Below are positions 55,475-64,000 of a DNA stretch of 64,000 bases, piece by piece. The stretch is from a virus (lineage: Duplodnaviria > Heunggongvirae > Uroviricota > Caudoviricetes). Under the pieces are notes generated by a model, which ran no database searches, was not told where the DNA came from, and saw only the letters and a list, made by a program, of their open reading frames with translations. The DNA is taken from IMG/VR virus record IMGVR_UViG_3300009180_002437, one strand, 5' to 3'. The position numbers and the translations under genes were made by a program. Each line of letters starts with the position of its first letter. Within the stretch, counting starts at the first letter, position 1.

Positions 55475-56703
55475 TGAGTAAAATTACAGAAAGTAACCAT
55501 ATGTGGCAATGCCTAATTACTGGGGCGCCGGTGACAAGGGTATTGGATTTTGGGCAGCATGCCTACGCCGATACCTTTATCGCCGAGGATCAGTTAAAAT
55601 TAGCTGAACCTGTATTCCCATTAGAAGTACATCTAAATACCGAATCAGGCGGATTGCAACTGGGCTACGTGAGCGATGCTAAGGATAGATATAACTTATA
55701 CAGCTATAGCTACACCAGTTCAAACTCCACCACCGCCAGGAATCATTGGGACGAGTATGCTGCAACAATCAAAGGTCGATTCAAGCCCCAGGGCTTGGTG
55801 GTGGAGATCGGCAGTAATGATGGATACCTAATTAAACAATTTCAAGATGACGGGGTAACCGCATTAGGTGTTGACTCATCCAAAGCCATGTGTGACATTG
55901 CCAAAGCTGCAGGTGTTAAAACAGTCAAAGGTCTGTTTGACATATCGCTAGCTGATAAATTGAAAGAAAAACATGGCCTTGCCAAGGTGATCATGGCCAA
56001 CAACGTGTTTAATCACGCTAACGATCCCATTAACTTTGCTATTGGCATAACACACCTATTGGACAAAGATGGTATATTTGTTTTTGAAGTCCCTTACTGG
56101 GCCAGTATGGTAGAAAGCGGCCGCTTTGTGGATATGGTATACCACGAACACATTTCTTACTTTACCATTAAAAGTGTTTGGAATTTATTGCAACAAGTTG
56201 GCTTAACTATCGCGGACTACGATGTAGTCGATTATCATGGTGGTAGCCTACGTGTGATAGCCAAAATGGATACTGGTGATGGAACACCTATTCTTGTGCA
56301 GTCGGCTATTGAACGAGAAACGGCCATGGGGTTATTCAATCATAAGTTCTACAAGAAGTTGCAGGCTAAATTTGTACAACAACGTAATACCTGGCTCCGT
56401 AACTTTTATCAAATATTGGCTGATGAACCTGATGCTGTCATTATCGGAGTCGGTGCCGCAGCCAAGGCCAATACCTGGCTTACCTGGCATAAATTAGATA
56501 AAACATTACTGCATTGTATTACTGATGCTAGTGAATTCAAACAGGGTAAGTACACCCCACTATCACGTATCCCAATTAAAAGTGATGATGAGTTTGCGCT
56601 ACACGAAAAACCATATGCATTGGTGTTAAGCTGGAACATTGGAGAACCACTTAAACAAGCATTATTAAAAATTAATCCCAACACAAGGTTCATATCACAA
56701 TGA
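55474..56703 (+). CDS. NDP-hexose C-methyltransferase (TylC3/CloU-like: zinc-binding N-domain plus class-I MTase)
   Basis: N-terminal CLITGAPVTRVLDFGQHAYADTF (putative Zn-binding domain). VVEIGSNDGYL (motif I). C-methyltransferase-type C-terminal domain. Confidence 0.6.
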   Translation: MSKITESNHMWQCLITGAPVTRVLDFGQHAYADTFIAEDQLKLAEPVFPLEVHLNTESGGLQLGYVSDAKDRYNLYSYSYTSSNSTTARNHWDEYAATIKGRFKPQGLVVEIGSNDGYLIKQFQDDGVTALGVDSSKAMCDIAKAAGVKTVKGLFDISLADKLKEKHGLAKVIMANNVFNHANDPINFAIGITHLLDKDGIFVFEVPYWASMVESGRFVDMVYHEHISYFTIKSVWNLLQQVGLTIADYDVVDYHGGSLRVIAKMDTGDGTPILVQSAIERETAMGLFNHKFYKKLQAKFVQQRNTWLRNFYQILADEPDAVIIGVGAAAKANTWLTWHKLDKTLLHCITDASEFKQGKYTPLSRIPIKSDDEFALHEKPYALVLSWNIGEPLKQALLKINPNTRFISQ

Positions 56704-57107
56704 AATATTATAATGTCGCAATTAACACCGAGCCCGGACTAGGCTCATTCCAAGACGATCGTGGATCTATCGTAGATATCTTTTATAAAAAGGCCATCAA
56801 TCACGGATGTATCATTAGTAATAATCCCGGTGCCGTTCGTGGTAATCACTATCATAATCATACTGTACAGTATACCTATGTTATTGCAGGTGACCTAACT
56901 TATTACTCACAACCAGCAGACAAATCCGAACCAGTATCCACTTACGTGGCAGTTACTGGAGACGTCATTATCAGTGATCCCAAAGAAATTCATGCTATGA
57001 AAGCTGGTGAGTTTGGATGTGTTTTTATAGCCTTTGCCGAAGGCCCACGTGGTGGCGAAGATTACGAAACAGATACAGTAAGAGTTGATTCTATTATTCC
57101 TGAATGA
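56700..57107 (+). CDS. cupin-fold sugar 3,4-ketoisomerase (FdtA/WxcM-like)
   Basis: DDRGSIVDIFYKK ... AVRGNHYHNH matches FdtA E-RGS...RG-H-H. Confidence 0.55.
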   Translation: MKYYNVAINTEPGLGSFQDDRGSIVDIFYKKAINHGCIISNNPGAVRGNHYHNHTVQYTYVIAGDLTYYSQPADKSEPVSTYVAVTGDVIISDPKEIHAMKAGEFGCVFIAFAEGPRGGEDYETDTVRVDSIIPE

Positions 57108-57700
57108 AAACAGTAGTTATATTTGGAGGAAGTGGTGGGATAGGTAAAGCCACATGTGAAGTCTTTGCCGCGGCTGGGTATACAGTACACCCTGTTAGTA
57201 GTAAACAAATTGACTTTTTATGGGAACAAAGTCAATTTCAAGTAGATAACTTGTTGAAACAAATTTTGCCCGACGTGGTGGTCAACTGCGTTGGGCATTT
57301 TGATGACGCCAACAAAGAGCCTCATTTTAAAACAATGAACATTAACGTAGGCTCTAACTGGAGTATCATTAAACATTACATAGAAAACGTTAGTACCAAG
57401 CCAGTTAAAATTATCATGGTGGGTTCCAGTGCTTACAAGGCCGGTCGAAAGGCCTATATTTTGTACGCTGCTAGTAAGGCAGCACTATATAATATGTGGC
57501 AAGGCGCTTGCGAGCATTTTACGGGGTCAAATGTGTCATTAGGTTTGATTAACCCAGTAAGAACTCGTACACCGATGATAGATATGTCAACTAAAGATAT
57601 TTGTCTAGAGCCAATGGATGTAGCACAAGCAATTTTAAATATGACATCAGTCAGTGGTAACGAACTGGTTGATATGAAGTATCCAGAGGAAACAAAATGA
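57104..57700 (+). CDS. short-chain dehydrogenase/reductase (SDR)
   Basis: VVIFGGSGGIGKA (TGxxxGIG) and YAASKAAL (YxxxK). Confidence 0.6.
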   Translation: MKTVVIFGGSGGIGKATCEVFAAAGYTVHPVSSKQIDFLWEQSQFQVDNLLKQILPDVVVNCVGHFDDANKEPHFKTMNINVGSNWSIIKHYIENVSTKPVKIIMVGSSAYKAGRKAYILYAASKAALYNMWQGACEHFTGSNVSLGLINPVRTRTPMIDMSTKDICLEPMDVAQAILNMTSVSGNELVDMKYPEETK

Positions 57701-58473
57701 AAATTGGAATTATAGGCAAGGGAACGGTAGGCAAGGCAGTATACGAAGGGCTTAATCACTTGGGACATGAAATGAGTTTCTTTGATCCTGCGTATGATGG
57801 GTCAACACTCGGTGATGTGTTGGGTACAGATTGTGTGTTTATCAGTGTACCAACTAACCAAGCAGCAAATGGAGATTGTGATACCAGTATCGTGGAAAGT
57901 GTTATTTCAGCATTACACGCAGCCGAATATACAGGACTAGTCAGTATCAAAAGTACAGTAGTTCCCGGCACTTGTGATCGTTTATCAGCAGCATATCCTA
58001 AACTACGTATTTGTTCAGTACCAGAATTTCTCCGTGCCAAGACAGCATTAGCTGACTTTATGTATAACCATGATTTACTAATTATCGGCAGCACTCGTGA
58101 TGAAGATTATGTCATGATGAGAAAAATACATGGCAACTTGCCTAAGAATGTGGCTTGTGTTAGGCCAGCAGAAGCAGAAGTTGTAAAATACTTTAACAAC
58201 GTTAATCACGCTACACAAATTATATTTGCCAATATTGCCTATGCTGTATGTAAGAAGCTGGGTGTTGACTATGACAATGTATATAACGCTATCATTCAGC
58301 GTGATAGTATTAATCCAGCTTACCTAATGTGTAATGAGAATCTGCGTGGATTTGGCGGTCATTGTTTGCCCAAGGATACCAGTGCTTGGAACAATTTAGT
58401 TAAAAGTTTAGGGCTAGAGTTTTCAATGATCCAAGCCCTAATTGATGACAACGCAAAGGTGAACAATGAGTAA
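57697..58473 (+). CDS. UDP-glucose/GDP-mannose dehydrogenase-family protein (short, lacks the C-terminal UDP-binding domain)
   Basis: MKIGIIGKGTVGKAV Rossmann fold, and the catalytic GFGGHCLPKDT (GGxCxxKD). Only 258 aa. Confidence 0.55.
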   Translation: MKIGIIGKGTVGKAVYEGLNHLGHEMSFFDPAYDGSTLGDVLGTDCVFISVPTNQAANGDCDTSIVESVISALHAAEYTGLVSIKSTVVPGTCDRLSAAYPKLRICSVPEFLRAKTALADFMYNHDLLIIGSTRDEDYVMMRKIHGNLPKNVACVRPAEAEVVKYFNNVNHATQIIFANIAYAVCKKLGVDYDNVYNAIIQRDSINPAYLMCNENLRGFGGHCLPKDTSAWNNLVKSLGLEFSMIQALIDDNAKVNNE

Positions 58474-59365
58474 AATCTTAATCACAGGTGCTAGTGGACT
58501 GTTAGGGACGGAATTTTGTCACCAACTTAAGGCAGCTGGACATGAAGTATGGGCAGTAGATAATCATAGCCGTAGTTCGACTATCCCTCCATGTGACGAA
58601 TGGCATAAGATGGATCTATTGGCAAATGATAGATTTATTGGACTAGCATCATTGCCCCGTGACTTTGACTACATTTATCACTATGGTGCAATCAACGGCA
58701 CTACTAACTTTTATAAGATGCCCAACAAGGTATTGGAAAACAACTTTGTCAGTGATATCAATATTTTCAACTTTGCCAAGAAGTGTACTAATCTTAAACG
58801 ATTGGTATACGCCTCAAGTTCGGAAGTGGTAGCAGATGATCCAGTTAGTCCCGTACCAGAAAACTCAGATGTATTCATCAAGGATATACATAACGCACGT
58901 TGGAGTTATCGTCTGGCCAAAATTACCAGTGAAAACTTTTTGGCTAATTCTGATCTACCATATGTTATGATACGTTATTTTAATGTGTATGGTGCAAATT
59001 CAAAGCAGGGGCATTTTCTCGGTGACCAAATTGACAAGATTAAAAATGGTGTCTTTTCGGTTATAGGTTCACATGAAACACGTTCGTTCTGTCATGTGAG
59101 CGATGCTATTCGTGCCAGTATCTATGTTGCTGAAAATGCCAATCGTGTACTGGTAAACATTGGTAATGATCGTGAAATATCAATTGGTGATGCGGTTCGT
59201 GTTATAGCAACCGAACTTGGGCATCCTGATGCTGTATTCGAAGAATTGCCCAGCATGTCGGGATCGGTTGCTAATCGGCGTCCTGACATTACCAAACTAC
59301 GTGAAATTATGCCCGATTATTCGCCCATGAGTTTTGAAGAAGGTATTCGGCAAATTTTAAGTTGA
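58466..59365 (+). CDS. NAD-dependent sugar epimerase/4,6-dehydratase (extended SDR)
   Basis: ILITGASGLLG and YRLAK (YxxxK). Confidence 0.6.
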   Translation: MSKILITGASGLLGTEFCHQLKAAGHEVWAVDNHSRSSTIPPCDEWHKMDLLANDRFIGLASLPRDFDYIYHYGAINGTTNFYKMPNKVLENNFVSDINIFNFAKKCTNLKRLVYASSSEVVADDPVSPVPENSDVFIKDIHNARWSYRLAKITSENFLANSDLPYVMIRYFNVYGANSKQGHFLGDQIDKIKNGVFSVIGSHETRSFCHVSDAIRASIYVAENANRVLVNIGNDREISIGDAVRVIATELGHPDAVFEELPSMSGSVANRRPDITKLREIMPDYSPMSFEEGIRQILS

Positions 59366-59390
59366 CAAAAATCTATGGGTAATGTATAAT
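59362..59390 (+). promoter_or_regulatory. perfect consensus sigma70 promoter TTGACA-17-TATAAT (overlaps the upstream stop codon)
   Basis: TTGACA at 59362-59367 and TATAAT at 59385-59390. AGGAG before the ATG at 59421. Confidence 0.6.
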
Positions 59391-59420
59391 TTCTAAATAC
59401 ATTATCCCATAGGAGCTCTA

Positions 59421-59975
59421 ATGAAAAAAGTTCATTACACAGATCAAGATATTCGCAGTTTTGTTCATAAAATTATCCGTGATATGCGTCGTGATAATTG
59501 GCAACCTGATTACATCGTAGGACTCACTCGCGGCGGTCTTACACCAGCTAACATGCTGAGTCAATATTTAGAAATCCCCATGGAATGTTTAAAGGTCAGT
59601 TTACGTGACAGCAGCACACAATCCGAAACTAATTGCTGGATGTCGGAAGATGCTTTTGGGTACGTGGATACTGCTGTTATCCCCAGGCCAGAAGAGTCCA
59701 TTACTACAGATCCCAGCCGTCGCAAAAAAATTCTTATTGTAGATGACATCAATGATACTGGTGCTACACTTAATTGGATCAAGAAAGATTGGCCCGGTAG
59801 TTGTTTGCCCGATGATCCTGCGTGGAATGAGATTTGGGGACAGAATGTTCGCTTTGCTGTGCTGGTGGACAATTTGGACAGTAAATTTCATGATGTTGAC
59901 TACACGGGCACTGAGATCAATAAAGCCGAAGAAGATGTTTGGTGTGTATTCCCCTGGGAAAATTGGTGGGTATGA
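59421..59975 (+). CDS. type-I phosphoribosyltransferase, xanthine-guanine PRTase (Gpt)-like
   Basis: PRPP loop KILIVDDINDTGATL. The TRGGLTPANMLSQYL and C-terminal FPWENWWV segments parallel E. coli Gpt. Confidence 0.6.
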   Translation: MKKVHYTDQDIRSFVHKIIRDMRRDNWQPDYIVGLTRGGLTPANMLSQYLEIPMECLKVSLRDSSTQSETNCWMSEDAFGYVDTAVIPRPEESITTDPSRRKKILIVDDINDTGATLNWIKKDWPGSCLPDDPAWNEIWGQNVRFAVLVDNLDSKFHDVDYTGTEINKAEEDVWCVFPWENWWV

Positions 59976-60200
59976 AAACAGATTGGATCACCATTACCTG
60001 CTCACACAACCTGTGTCTGTGGAGCGACTGTTATAAATGGTGTCTGAGTACGTGGGGGCGTAATAACGAATGGGTCTATATGGGCCCGGGTAAATTTCAT
60101 TTTAAGAACTCGTGTGATGCGATGTTTTTTAGATTGAAATGGTTATAAAGCACTTTCCAGGAAACTGGTGAGTAATTGATTTTTAAAATAGGAGATTATT

Positions 60201-60905
60201 ATGTTTAATACAAATCAGATAGATACTAATACAGTAGAATTAAGTTTTCGGTCAGCAGAAGAAGTCAATAACGCAATGAGTCGCGTCTATGGATATATGG
60301 GGTTAGCAGTAATTGTATCAATGTTGGTAAGTTACTTTGTGGGAACTAGCCCGGAGTTACTAAAATTCTTTTTCACGGGTATTACAAAGTGGATCGTAAT
60401 CTTTGCTCCACTAGCAGCAGTATTTGGTATTGCTATGATATTGGCACGTAGCCCGGGCAAAAGTACTGCTCTACTATGCCTGTATGGTTTTGCGGCACTA
60501 ATGGGCCTGAGCTTTGCTACAATCTTTGCTGTGTTCACCATGGGAAGTATTGTCAGTGCATTTATGGGTGCTGCTGTATTATTTGGCACTATGAGTTTTT
60601 ATGGTTATTTTACTAAACAGAGTCTAGATAGTCTTGGTAAGTTTATGTTTATTGGATTAATCGCCATTGTTATTGCCAGTATAGTTAATATCTTTATTGG
60701 TAGTACTGTAATGCAAATGGTTATTAGTGCGTTAGCTATCATTATCTTTCTTGGATTAACTGCGTATGATACACAACAAATCCGTGAAATGGTCAGTGTT
60801 GACTCTAGTTCAGTAGTTGAAGTAACCGGTGCGTTGACATTATACCTGGACTTTATTAACATTTTCCTCAATTTGTTAAACTTGTTTGGCAATAAAAACG
60901 ACTAA
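60201..60905 (+). CDS. Bax-inhibitor-1/YccA (TMBIM) family 7-TM membrane protein
   Basis: A 234-aa polytopic protein with the family N-terminal pattern (MSRVYGYMGLAV...) and 7 hydrophobic helices. Confidence 0.55.
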   Translation: MFNTNQIDTNTVELSFRSAEEVNNAMSRVYGYMGLAVIVSMLVSYFVGTSPELLKFFFTGITKWIVIFAPLAAVFGIAMILARSPGKSTALLCLYGFAALMGLSFATIFAVFTMGSIVSAFMGAAVLFGTMSFYGYFTKQSLDSLGKFMFIGLIAIVIASIVNIFIGSTVMQMVISALAIIIFLGLTAYDTQQIREMVSVDSSSVVEVTGALTLYLDFINIFLNLLNLFGNKND

Positions 60906-60906
60906 C

Positions 60907-61269
60907 ATGAATTTTACAATTGACGAATCAAAACCCTTTGATGTAACTATACGTGAAGTCATCAGTAGTTTGGAAAATCCAGAGAATCCTACTGCTGATG
61001 ACTTAGTTAGAATTTTAAAAGGTTACCAACCTATGACCAGTGTCAGAAATGATGACAGTCCTGAGTTTAAAGCACTACGAACCCAACTGGAATCGGAAGG
61101 TTATATCAATTGTGAGCGTGGCTGGTGGAACGGCGACCGTGTACTAAAATCATTTACTTTAAATGGGATTAAATTTGAAGTAGGTAATAAGTTCTTCTCC
61201 GGTGCAGCGATGCATAACCACTTAGAATGGGAAAGAAAATATGAAAACCAGAGAACAAATCATAACTAG
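60907..61269 (+). CDS. hypothetical protein
   Basis: The ATG at 60907 follows the upstream TAA. Confidence 0.35.
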   Translation: MNFTIDESKPFDVTIREVISSLENPENPTADDLVRILKGYQPMTSVRNDDSPEFKALRTQLESEGYINCERGWWNGDRVLKSFTLNGIKFEVGNKFFSGAAMHNHLEWERKYENQRTNHN

Positions 61270-61441
61270 TATGTGTTATACTTATAGACATGACTATGGG
61301 CTCGAAAAACCTACTGGAGATAACTTTGCTAGTAAGTTATCATCAGGCACCACACAGGCAGAGCGCGAATCACTATGGCGTCAAATGGCGCAGATATTTG
61401 ATAACGATATATTACCACATATGGAATTTAAAAATGAGTAA
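61241..61441 (+). CDS. hypothetical protein
   Basis: A 66-aa ORF. Confidence 0.3.
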   Translation: MKTREQIITSMCYTYRHDYGLEKPTGDNFASKLSSGTTQAERESLWRQMAQIFDNDILPHMEFKNE

Positions 61442-62276
61442 ATTAAAAGTAGCAGAGTTGTTTTATAGTATTCAAGGTGAAGGCAGATATATGGGAGTAC
61501 CCTCAATCTTCCTACGTACATTCGGCTGTAATTTTACCTGCGATGGCTTTGGTATGCCACGCGGAGAGAAAAGTCAAGAAAGACATAATATTGTAGTAGC
61601 TAATTACCAAACATATAATGAGCTGCCATTAGTGAGTTCTGGCTGTGACTCATATGCCTCCTGGATGCCGGAATTTAAGAATCTAAGTCCATTAATGGAA
61701 ACTGATGGCATCGTAGATCGCATTATGGAGATCTTACCGTATAAACAATGGGCAATGGAACATCTAGTCATTACAGGTGGCGAGCCATTGTTAGGTTGGC
61801 AACGTGCTTATCCAAACTTGCTTAACCATGATAAGATGAAAGACTTGCGTGAAATTACTTTTGAAACTAATGGCACTCAGCCGTTAACGCCAGAGTTCAA
61901 ACATTTTCTAGGTGAATGGACTGCTGAACATTGGCATAGAGAAGTTACATTCTCGATCAGTGCTAAACTTAGTAATTCAGGCGAGTTACGTGAAGATGCT
62001 ATTAAACCTGAAGTTGTACTGGAATATCAAGACACAGGCTATGCTTACCTAAAGTTTGTAGTGGCTACTGAAGAAGATGTCGAGGAAGCCCTGGCAGTTA
62101 CACAGATTTATCAAACAGCAGGATTTAAAGGTCCAGTTTATTTGATGCCAGTCGGCGGGGTTGAAAGTGTATATGCACTTAACAATCGTCGTGTAGCAGA
62201 ACTAGCCATGGCGAACGGATTACGTTACAGTGATCGTTTACAAGTTCCACTCTTTAAAAATGAGTGGGGAACTTAA
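61434..62276 (+). CDS. queE: 7-carboxy-7-deazaguanine synthase (radical SAM)
   Basis: MSKLKVAELFYSIQGEGRYMGVPSIFLRTFGCNFTCDGFG matches the QueE N-terminus and its CxxxCxxC-type cluster motif. Confidence 0.7.
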   Translation: MSKLKVAELFYSIQGEGRYMGVPSIFLRTFGCNFTCDGFGMPRGEKSQERHNIVVANYQTYNELPLVSSGCDSYASWMPEFKNLSPLMETDGIVDRIMEILPYKQWAMEHLVITGGEPLLGWQRAYPNLLNHDKMKDLREITFETNGTQPLTPEFKHFLGEWTAEHWHREVTFSISAKLSNSGELREDAIKPEVVLEYQDTGYAYLKFVVATEEDVEEALAVTQIYQTAGFKGPVYLMPVGGVESVYALNNRRVAELAMANGLRYSDRLQVPLFKNEWGT

Positions 62277-62319
62277 GGTGTTTTTATTAACGCCAGACGC
62301 AGCATTAGGAATAATAGAT

Positions 62320-62703
62320 ATGTACAACATGATTAAAAATTGGTTTAAAAAGAAGCCAGTAGAACAAGCAGCACCAGAAGCACCGTCAACACCAGTTAAG
62401 ACGGCTAAGGATATTGCCACTGAACGAGGTGAGTCATATGTCAATATCGTCAGCATGGATATTGATCCAAATGGCATGGGCATGGGGTCGTTCGAACTAG
62501 ATTGGAACGAAAAGTTTATTGCTGATCTAGTTAGACATGGTTACATGATGGATCAAAATGATACTGATGCTGACATTGTAGATCGTTGGTTTACTAATGT
62601 ATGCCGCAATGTAGTATTGGAAACATATGAACAGTACGAAGCCATGAATAATCGTGTGGTTAAGTCTAAAGATGTTGGTGGTGGTATGAGTGAGGTTGGA
62701 TAG
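62320..62703 (+). CDS. hypothetical protein
   Basis: The ATG at 62320 is preceded by AGGA. Confidence 0.35.
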   Translation: MYNMIKNWFKKKPVEQAAPEAPSTPVKTAKDIATERGESYVNIVSMDIDPNGMGMGSFELDWNEKFIADLVRHGYMMDQNDTDADIVDRWFTNVCRNVVLETYEQYEAMNNRVVKSKDVGGGMSEVG

Positions 62704-62726
62704 TATCAACTAATTCTAAATGTAGT

Positions 62727-62755
62727 TTGACTTTTAATACTTGGACTGCTATACT
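62727..62755 (+). promoter_or_regulatory. sigma70 promoter TTGACT-17-TATACT; the ATG is 5 nt downstream (leaderless)
   Basis: TTGACT at 62727-62732, TATACT at 62750-62755, ATG at 62761. Confidence 0.5.
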
Positions 62756-62760
62756 AACAT

Positions 62761-63762
62761 ATGAAATATATTCTTATCGACACAGCTAACCTTTTCTTTC
62801 GTGCTAGGCATGGTGCTTTCCGTGCGGGCGACACTTGGGAAAAGGTAGGATTCGCCCTACACGTCACACTAATGGCTGCTAATAAAATGGCACGCCGCTT
62901 TGAAGCTGACCATGTAGTTTTTGCCCTAGAGGGGCGTAGCTGGCGCAAGGACTTTTATAAGCCCTATAAAGCTAACCGTGCAGTGGCTAAACAAGCACTC
63001 ACAGAGCAGGAATCCGACGAGGATAAAATGTTCTGGGAAACGTATGATGCATTAACTAAATACTTGGGCGAGAAGACCAATTGTAGTGTTATACGATGTC
63101 CCACCGCAGAAGGCGATGATATTATAGCTCGCTGGATAGCATTACACCCTGAAGATGAACATGTCATTATCAGTAGTGATACCGACTTCGTTCAGTTAGT
63201 AGCACCCAATGTCAAACAATATAACGGTATAACCGACGAACTAATCACCCTTGAAGGAACCTTTAATGATAAAGGAAAAATTGTTATCGATAAGAAAACT
63301 AAAGAACCTAAGCCGCCAGCTAAACCGCAGTGGCTACTCTTCGAAAAGTGTATGCGCGGCGATTCAACGGATAACATCTTCTCAGCATACCCGGGAGTAC
63401 GAGTTAATGGTACTAAGAAGAAGATTGGACTTACGGAAGCATTCGAGGACCGTGGCAAAAAAGGATACGCTTGGAACAACATGATGTTACAACGTTGGAC
63501 TGATCCAGATGGTGCAGAACATCGTGTGCTGGATGACTACAATCGTAATGTAACATTAGTTGACTTGACTGCACAACCCGAAGATGTTAAGCTGACTATT
63601 GATACCAGTATCAAGGAACAGGTTAGTCACAAGGATGTGGGTCAAGTAGGAGTACGTTTCTTACAGTTTTGTGGGAAATACGAATTAGTTAAATGTAGTG
63701 AAAATGCCGAAGCATTTGGCAGTTGGATGAATAAAACTTATAGTGGAATATTAAATGCTTAA
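62761..63762 (+). CDS. 5'-3' exonuclease / flap endonuclease (T4 RNase H-like, PIN/53EXO)
   Basis: N-terminal ILIDTANLFFR and the metal site SSDTDFVQLV. Confidence 0.7.
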   Translation: MKYILIDTANLFFRARHGAFRAGDTWEKVGFALHVTLMAANKMARRFEADHVVFALEGRSWRKDFYKPYKANRAVAKQALTEQESDEDKMFWETYDALTKYLGEKTNCSVIRCPTAEGDDIIARWIALHPEDEHVIISSDTDFVQLVAPNVKQYNGITDELITLEGTFNDKGKIVIDKKTKEPKPPAKPQWLLFEKCMRGDSTDNIFSAYPGVRVNGTKKKIGLTEAFEDRGKKGYAWNNMMLQRWTDPDGAEHRVLDDYNRNVTLVDLTAQPEDVKLTIDTSIKEQVSHKDVGQVGVRFLQFCGKYELVKCSENAEAFGSWMNKTYSGILNA

Positions 63763-63943
63763 TTTTTTGTTTGGTATAGGGACACTTATTATAGCGTTAT
63801 TTGTAATATCGTTAACTTTTATACTAGCAAAACAAGATAAAGATCGTGTTACGATAACATATGATTGCCGTATGTTGCAGGGAAACTGGCATCCAGATTT
63901 TCCAATAGCAGTAATGGAAGAATGTAAAAAGAGGATAAAGTAA
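63755..63943 (+). CDS. small membrane protein
   Basis: A 62-aa product with one TM helix. Confidence 0.35.
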   Translation: MLNFLFGIGTLIIALFVISLTFILAKQDKDRVTITYDCRMLQGNWHPDFPIAVMEECKKRIK

Positions 63944-64000
63944 TGAAAGATAATATTAGAGAATCAAAATATAAAGTAGGAGATGTAGTAAGAGTACCAT
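63943..64000 (+). CDS. hypothetical protein (3' end outside the window)
   Basis: ATG overlaps the upstream TAA. Shine-Dalgarno site gagga. Confidence 0.3.
   Translation, partial: MKDNIRESKYKVGDVVRVP

Noticed and set aside
59939-60148. 69-aa ORF in the 59975-60201 intergenic region
   Set aside because: The product is Cys/Trp-rich and low-complexity, has no ribosome-binding site, and overlaps the PRTase 3' end. The region more likely holds regulatory signals. No tRNA-like T-loop (GTTCRANYC) was seen there or in the other intergenic gaps.

Overview
The window reads as a tightly packed, mostly plus-strand segment of a large virulent double-stranded DNA bacteriophage that infects a Gram-negative host. 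Three things point to phage: near-consensus sigma70 promoters (four are exact TTGACA-17-TATAAT), Shine-Dalgarno sites, and a spanin/GH19 lysis cassette. No integrase, tRNA or CRISPR array was recognised by eye. Replication genes include a family-B DNA polymerase, an RFC-like clamp loader, a possible sliding clamp, a 5'-3' exonuclease/RNase H, PhoH, a dNMP phosphatase and an HNH endonuclease. Structural genes include a tail fibre built of Phage_fiber_2-like repeats and a 913-aa Ig-like repeat protein. The accessory content is unusually rich. It includes a ClpA-like unfoldase, a DnaJ-like protein, a GroES-like protein and a BI-1/YccA-like protein. It includes IF-1, an Fe-SOD-like protein and ErpA/IscA. 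It includes an NMNAT-like enzyme, a 2OG-Fe(II) oxygenase and a Tat-signal protein. It also includes an OmpA-like protein, an SPFH lipoprotein, a porin fragment and a SleB-like hydrolase. The most interesting region is about 44-62 kb. There a TGT-family DpdA-like protein sits with dispersed preQ0-pathway genes (FolE, QueD-like, QueE; no QueC seen), a Gpt-like phosphoribosyltransferase and a MazG-like protein. The same region carries a full set of nucleotide-sugar tailoring enzymes: Gfo/Idh/MocA and MDR oxidoreductases, GT4 and GT-A glycosyltransferases, an SGNH hydrolase, an acyl-AMP ligase, a sugar C-methyltransferase, an FdtA-like cupin, an SDR, a UGDH-like dehydrogenase and a 4,6-dehydratase/epimerase. 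I read this as a candidate 7-deazaguanine DNA hypermodification island, possibly with a sugar component. All calls rest on motif recognition from the sequence; no database search was possible.
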